A DNA stretch of 64,000 nucleotides. It comes from Ginglymostoma cirratum (Eukaryota). Where the stretch lies: positions 5,729,016-5,793,015 of the forward strand of contig JAHRHZ010000067.1 in assembly GCA_024137785.1 (NCBI GenBank). Reading direction: 5' to 3'. Both the position numbers and the translations under genes were made by a program. Below are positions 59,790-64,000 of this stretch, piece by piece. Within the stretch, counting starts at the first letter, position 1, and every line of letters begins with the position of its first letter. The notes under the pieces were generated by a model. That model ran no database searches. It worked only from the letters and a program-made list of their open reading frames with translations, and was not told the DNA's origin.

Positions 59790-61278
59790 TACTTTGCAGC
59801 ATCCTTGAGTACGGGTGAAGTCCTGGAGGACTGGAGAATTGCTAATGTTGTCCCCTTGTTTAAGAAGGGTAGCAAGGATAATCCAGGTAATTATAGATCA
59901 GTGAGCCTGACGTCAGTGGTGGGGAAGCTGCTGGAGAAGATACTGAGGGATAGGATCTATTTACATTTGGAAGAAAATGGGCTTATTAGTGATAGGCAGC
60001 ATGGTTTTGTGCAGGGAAGGTCACGTCTTACCAACTTGATAGAATTCTTTGAGGAAGTGACAAAGTTGATAGATGAGGGAAGGGCTGTAGATGTCATATA
60101 CATGGACTTCAGTAAGGCGTTTGATAAGGTTTCCCATGGTAGGCTGATGGAGAAAGTGAAGTCACATGGGGTCCAGAGTATACTAGCTAGATGGATAGAG
60201 AACTGGCTGGGCAACAGGAGACAGAGAGTTGTAGTGGAAGGGAGTTTCTCAAAATGGAGAACTGTGACCAGTGGTGTTCCACAGGGATCCGTATTGGGAC
60301 CACTGTTGTTTGTGATATACGTAAATGATCTGGAGGAAGGTATAGATGGCCTGATTAGCAAGTTTGCAGATGACACTAAGATTGGTGGAGAAGCAGATAG
60401 TGAAGGGGACTGTCAGAGTATGCAGCAGAATATAGACAGATTGGAGAGTTGGGTGGAGAAAAGGCAGATGGAGTTCAATCCAGGAAAATGCGAGGTGATG
60501 CATTTTGGAAGGTCCAATTCAAGAGTGAACTTTATGGTAAATGGAAAAGCCCTGGGGAAAGTTGATGCACAGAGAGATCTGGGTGTTCAGGTCCATTGTA
60601 CCCTGAAGGTAGCAACACAGGTCGATAGAGTGGTCAAGAAGGCATACGGCATGCTTTCATTCATCGATGGGGTATTGAGTACAAGAGTTGGCAGGTCATG
60701 TTACAGTTGTATAGGACTTTGGTTCAACCACATTTGGAATACTGCGTACAGTTCCGGTCGCCACATTACCAAAAGGATGTGGATGCTTTGGAGAGGGTGC
60801 AGAGGATGTTCACCAGGATGTTGCCTGGTATGGAGGGCGCTAGCTATGAAGAGAGGTTGAGTAGATTCAGATTATTTACATTAGAAAGACGGAGATTGAG
60901 GGGGGACCTGATTGAGGTCTACAAAATCATGAGAGGTATAGACAGGGTGGATAGCAAGAAGCTTTTTCCCAGATTGGGGGTCTCAATTCCTAGGGGCCAT
61001 GATTTCAAGGTGAGAGGGAACAAGTTTAAGGGAGATATGCGTGGAAAGTTCTTTACGCAGAGGTTGGTGGGTGCCTGGAACGCGTTGCCAGCGGAGGTGG
61101 TAGAGGCGGGCACGCTAGCGTCATTTAAGATGTATCTAGACAGATACACGAATGGGCAGGGAGCAGAGGGATACAGATCCTTGGAAAATAGGTGACAGGT
61201 TTAGATAGAGGATCTGGATCGGCACAGGCTTAGAGGGCTGAAGGGCCTGTTCCTGTGCTGTAATTTTCTTTGTTCTTT
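59790..61278 (+). mobile_element. CR1 LINE 3' fragment
   Basis: WRIANVVPLFKKG, QHGF, DFSKAFDKV and FADD motifs; 3' tail. Confidence 0.95.
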
Positions 61279-61699
61279 ATTCTGTGACGATACCTGAAAA
61301 CTATGTAGTTAGCTGTGAAGTGTTTTGGCATGCCCAGAGATGTTGAAAGGTGCTATATAATTGTTAAATCTTCCATTACAAACACACTATTCCTATTCCT
61401 GAATGGGGAGAATAAGCAATGCTGGGGGTAATTTCACTTTGAATTAATTGCTGGGTGAAAATACGTGATTGTGAGTTGGCACCTCTTTTCACACTGGATA
61501 TAACGTTCCTTTTCACTGTGGACCTGCTTGTTTATTACAACCTCCATTGTGTATTTAGTGGTATCATTTTCTAAGAGTAAGTGGCAGTTTCTTGGTAGCC
61601 AGAACTGTCACCCCCAAGACCGTGTTGCTCTTTAAAAGTGGTGCTTGTACAGGGAAGTTTGAACAAAGTCCGCTGACCTATCACAGAACTTTTAACAAC

Positions 61700-62050
61700 A
61701 CAGAAAGAGGCCCTTCCAATTACTGCGTCTGTACTGGCTGTCAAATCAGGGATGCACTAAAGCTTGGGGCAGTTGCTGCCAAGGTGCAATGGGGAAAGAT
61801 CCATCCAAGGTCTTCTTGCTGAAATTAAATGGGGGTCCTTTCAGTTATCAGACCACCCCCATAGTGTCTCAAATATACGTAAATATGGTCTTGCACAAGT
61901 CAGAAATGTCGTTGGTTTGATGTTGGATGGAGCCAAACTCGAATGCTTGCTCGTTTCTTCTTATGCTACTGTGCAGAACCGAACTGCTTTAGGGACTCTA
62001 TGTTTACATATTTATTTTTATGAATAAAGTATGTTTTTGAAATGAGAAAA
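61700..62050 (+). mobile_element. Tx1/L1-clade LINE 3' remnant
   Basis: RDALKLGAVAAKVQWGK C-terminal motif, then AATAAA and an A-rich end; similar tail near 56240-56320. Confidence 0.45.
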
Positions 62051-64000
62051 AGCTCTCCAAATCAGCATATTGCATAATGCCAGTCTCCTGTCTTCTTCTC
62101 GAAACCCAGGATATTGCTCCCTTTCAAACAAGCAGGTAATTCATTGGTGAATGGCTTCCACCACAATCTCAGGCAATGCAATTCCTGATCCTAAGCATTC
62201 ACTGAAAATGTGCATAAGCTTTTCCTAATATTGTTTTTGCTTCTTTGACTGCTTAACTTAAATCTGTACCTTCTCCTTTCTGAATAAGTACACTTCCTCA
62301 AGCTCCCAGCCTAACCATATTCCCTCTGGCCTCTATGTACGGAACTTACGGACGTGTTATGAGCCCGTCATAAGAAATACTTAATTTATGACTCAAATCC
62401 TTCTGACACAAAATACATTTATTATTTGTAGCATCACACAGAAACGTGGGCAAAATATACAAACAAAGATTTTTGATATCCTCCAGTTTTTACATCACAA
62501 CAAAAGAAATTTGCCAAGGTAGCAATAAATTAATTGTACAATATTTACATCCGTGGATAGATCAGGCAGCTTCATAAAGCTCTGTCACATCTCATTAACA
62601 GTTCCATACACATAATCCTAACCATTCACCTTAGTTTACCTCATAAAGGCCTCAATTGTAGGTCTCGACTCCACTATTTCAAATTTCAAGTCTTCTGCAT
62701 TCTGTGTTTGATCAATACATTATGGCAGGACTGTAGCTCCAGGAACTTCTTGCATTTCAAAGATTACACCTTCTGGGGCATGTTTATATACATGTGTGAC
62801 AGTGAGTTGGAAGAAAAATCACATTACAGACACATTAGCATTAGATTGTGCCTATTGATGTTCAGTGATGCCATCAACCGCAATGAGAATTGTGCTTTTA
62901 ATGGAACCGCACTGTTCAATATCGTAAACATCCCAAAGGTTCTTCACAAAGACAAAAGAATGCCAAATGTTAGTGAAAATACTCAGAGAAATGGCCAATA
63001 AAATAGGCCCCAAGGAGACTTTTACTAGCAGGCACCAAAGGGGCAAAGAAGAATGCTTCAGCCAGCGAGGCGGCTGATGTGTTTGACACCTTGGTGACAG
63101 GTTGGGACAGATGTACAGCCCACCAGAGCTTGACAATATCAGACATGCCAATTCGCCAGGTCTCTGCAATCAGGGTTCCCTTACAGAGCCTGTCCAGTCC
63201 ATCTCCCTTTGACCTGCAACTTAGCTCAGCCCAGGGGTCAGGAGGACAAGAAGTCTGGCTGACCAGCTCGCTCCTTGAGCTAATCTCACTGTGCGACAGA
63301 AATCCTGTGTGATTTTCACCACTCTGCAGTACCAACAAGAACATGTCTCCCAGTAAAGAATATTCTCATCGCTCTAACAGTGCGTGAAGTCTCAAACTCA
63401 TGACCACGGGGAAAGTGCCCACCAGTTAGAGGCCCACTGAGTGTTTTCATTCTCTCTACCCTTTGAGCATTTTAAACAAACAGAATTACAAATTAAGCTG
63501 AATTTTATGGTTTATCTAAAAGACAAACTAAGATTTATCCAGACTTGTAATGCTTAATAAATATTTTCCATAAACCTGTCAGCCATTTTGTTCAATCTGA
63601 CAATGGTGAAAGTCATACTCAGAAAATCAAGATGGCAGAACTGATGTCTGGTTATAGACTGTGATAATACCTGAGGTAATAAAGTGCTGCTTGCTCATTA
63701 TATAAGGTAGATTCTTGTGTTTCTATTTCTTTGTTTATCATTCCTTTGTGAACAGCTTGATATTTTTGCAATGTCTGAAAGAAAATACATTTATTTGTAA
63801 TGAGGTGAATCCCTCTTGGATGACCATGCGGGGGTGAGAGACTGTACAGGAAAGTGTGGGGAACCAGGAGCTAACATCTACCTGTCACCAAACTAGGGCA
63901 AGAAGTTTTCCAAGATGCAAGAAGTGGGGAGTACAACTTTAAATTCCAACACCCAAGGATATTGTCGTTGATTACATGGGAAATCTTGCAAATTCTTTTC

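Noticed and set aside
59718-60860. 380-aa ORF as a host gene
   Set aside because: CR1 reverse transcriptase fragment, 5'-truncated and frameshifted.

Overview
Repeat-rich vertebrate genomic DNA, most likely from a shark or other cartilaginous fish (inferred from the CR1, Penelope and SINE repertoire and the protein divergence). Two spliced genes can be rebuilt on the + strand with GT-AG introns and consistent phases. (1) EXO5 (Fe-S exonuclease V): 6 coding exons, 4881-18445, 416 aa, starting in a CpG island. (2) A tapasin-family gene: 8 coding exons, 28560-43934, 435 aa. It has an ISRE 29 bp upstream of the ATG, no free ectodomain Cys, no TM lysine, and a KKPY ER-retrieval tail that depends on a 17-nt micro-exon. 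The rest is mainly CR1 LINE fragments, tRNA-derived SINEs and many Penelope-like element (PLE) pieces. The PLE pieces carry minimal hammerhead-ribozyme cores, often form palindromes with 13-14 bp TSDs, and include one twin-priming-like inverted insertion and one three-level nested cluster. Weak signs of further minus-strand transcripts occur near 3.7-4.4 kb, 48.9-49.3 kb and 62.4 kb. All comparisons were made by eye and from memory; no searches were run.
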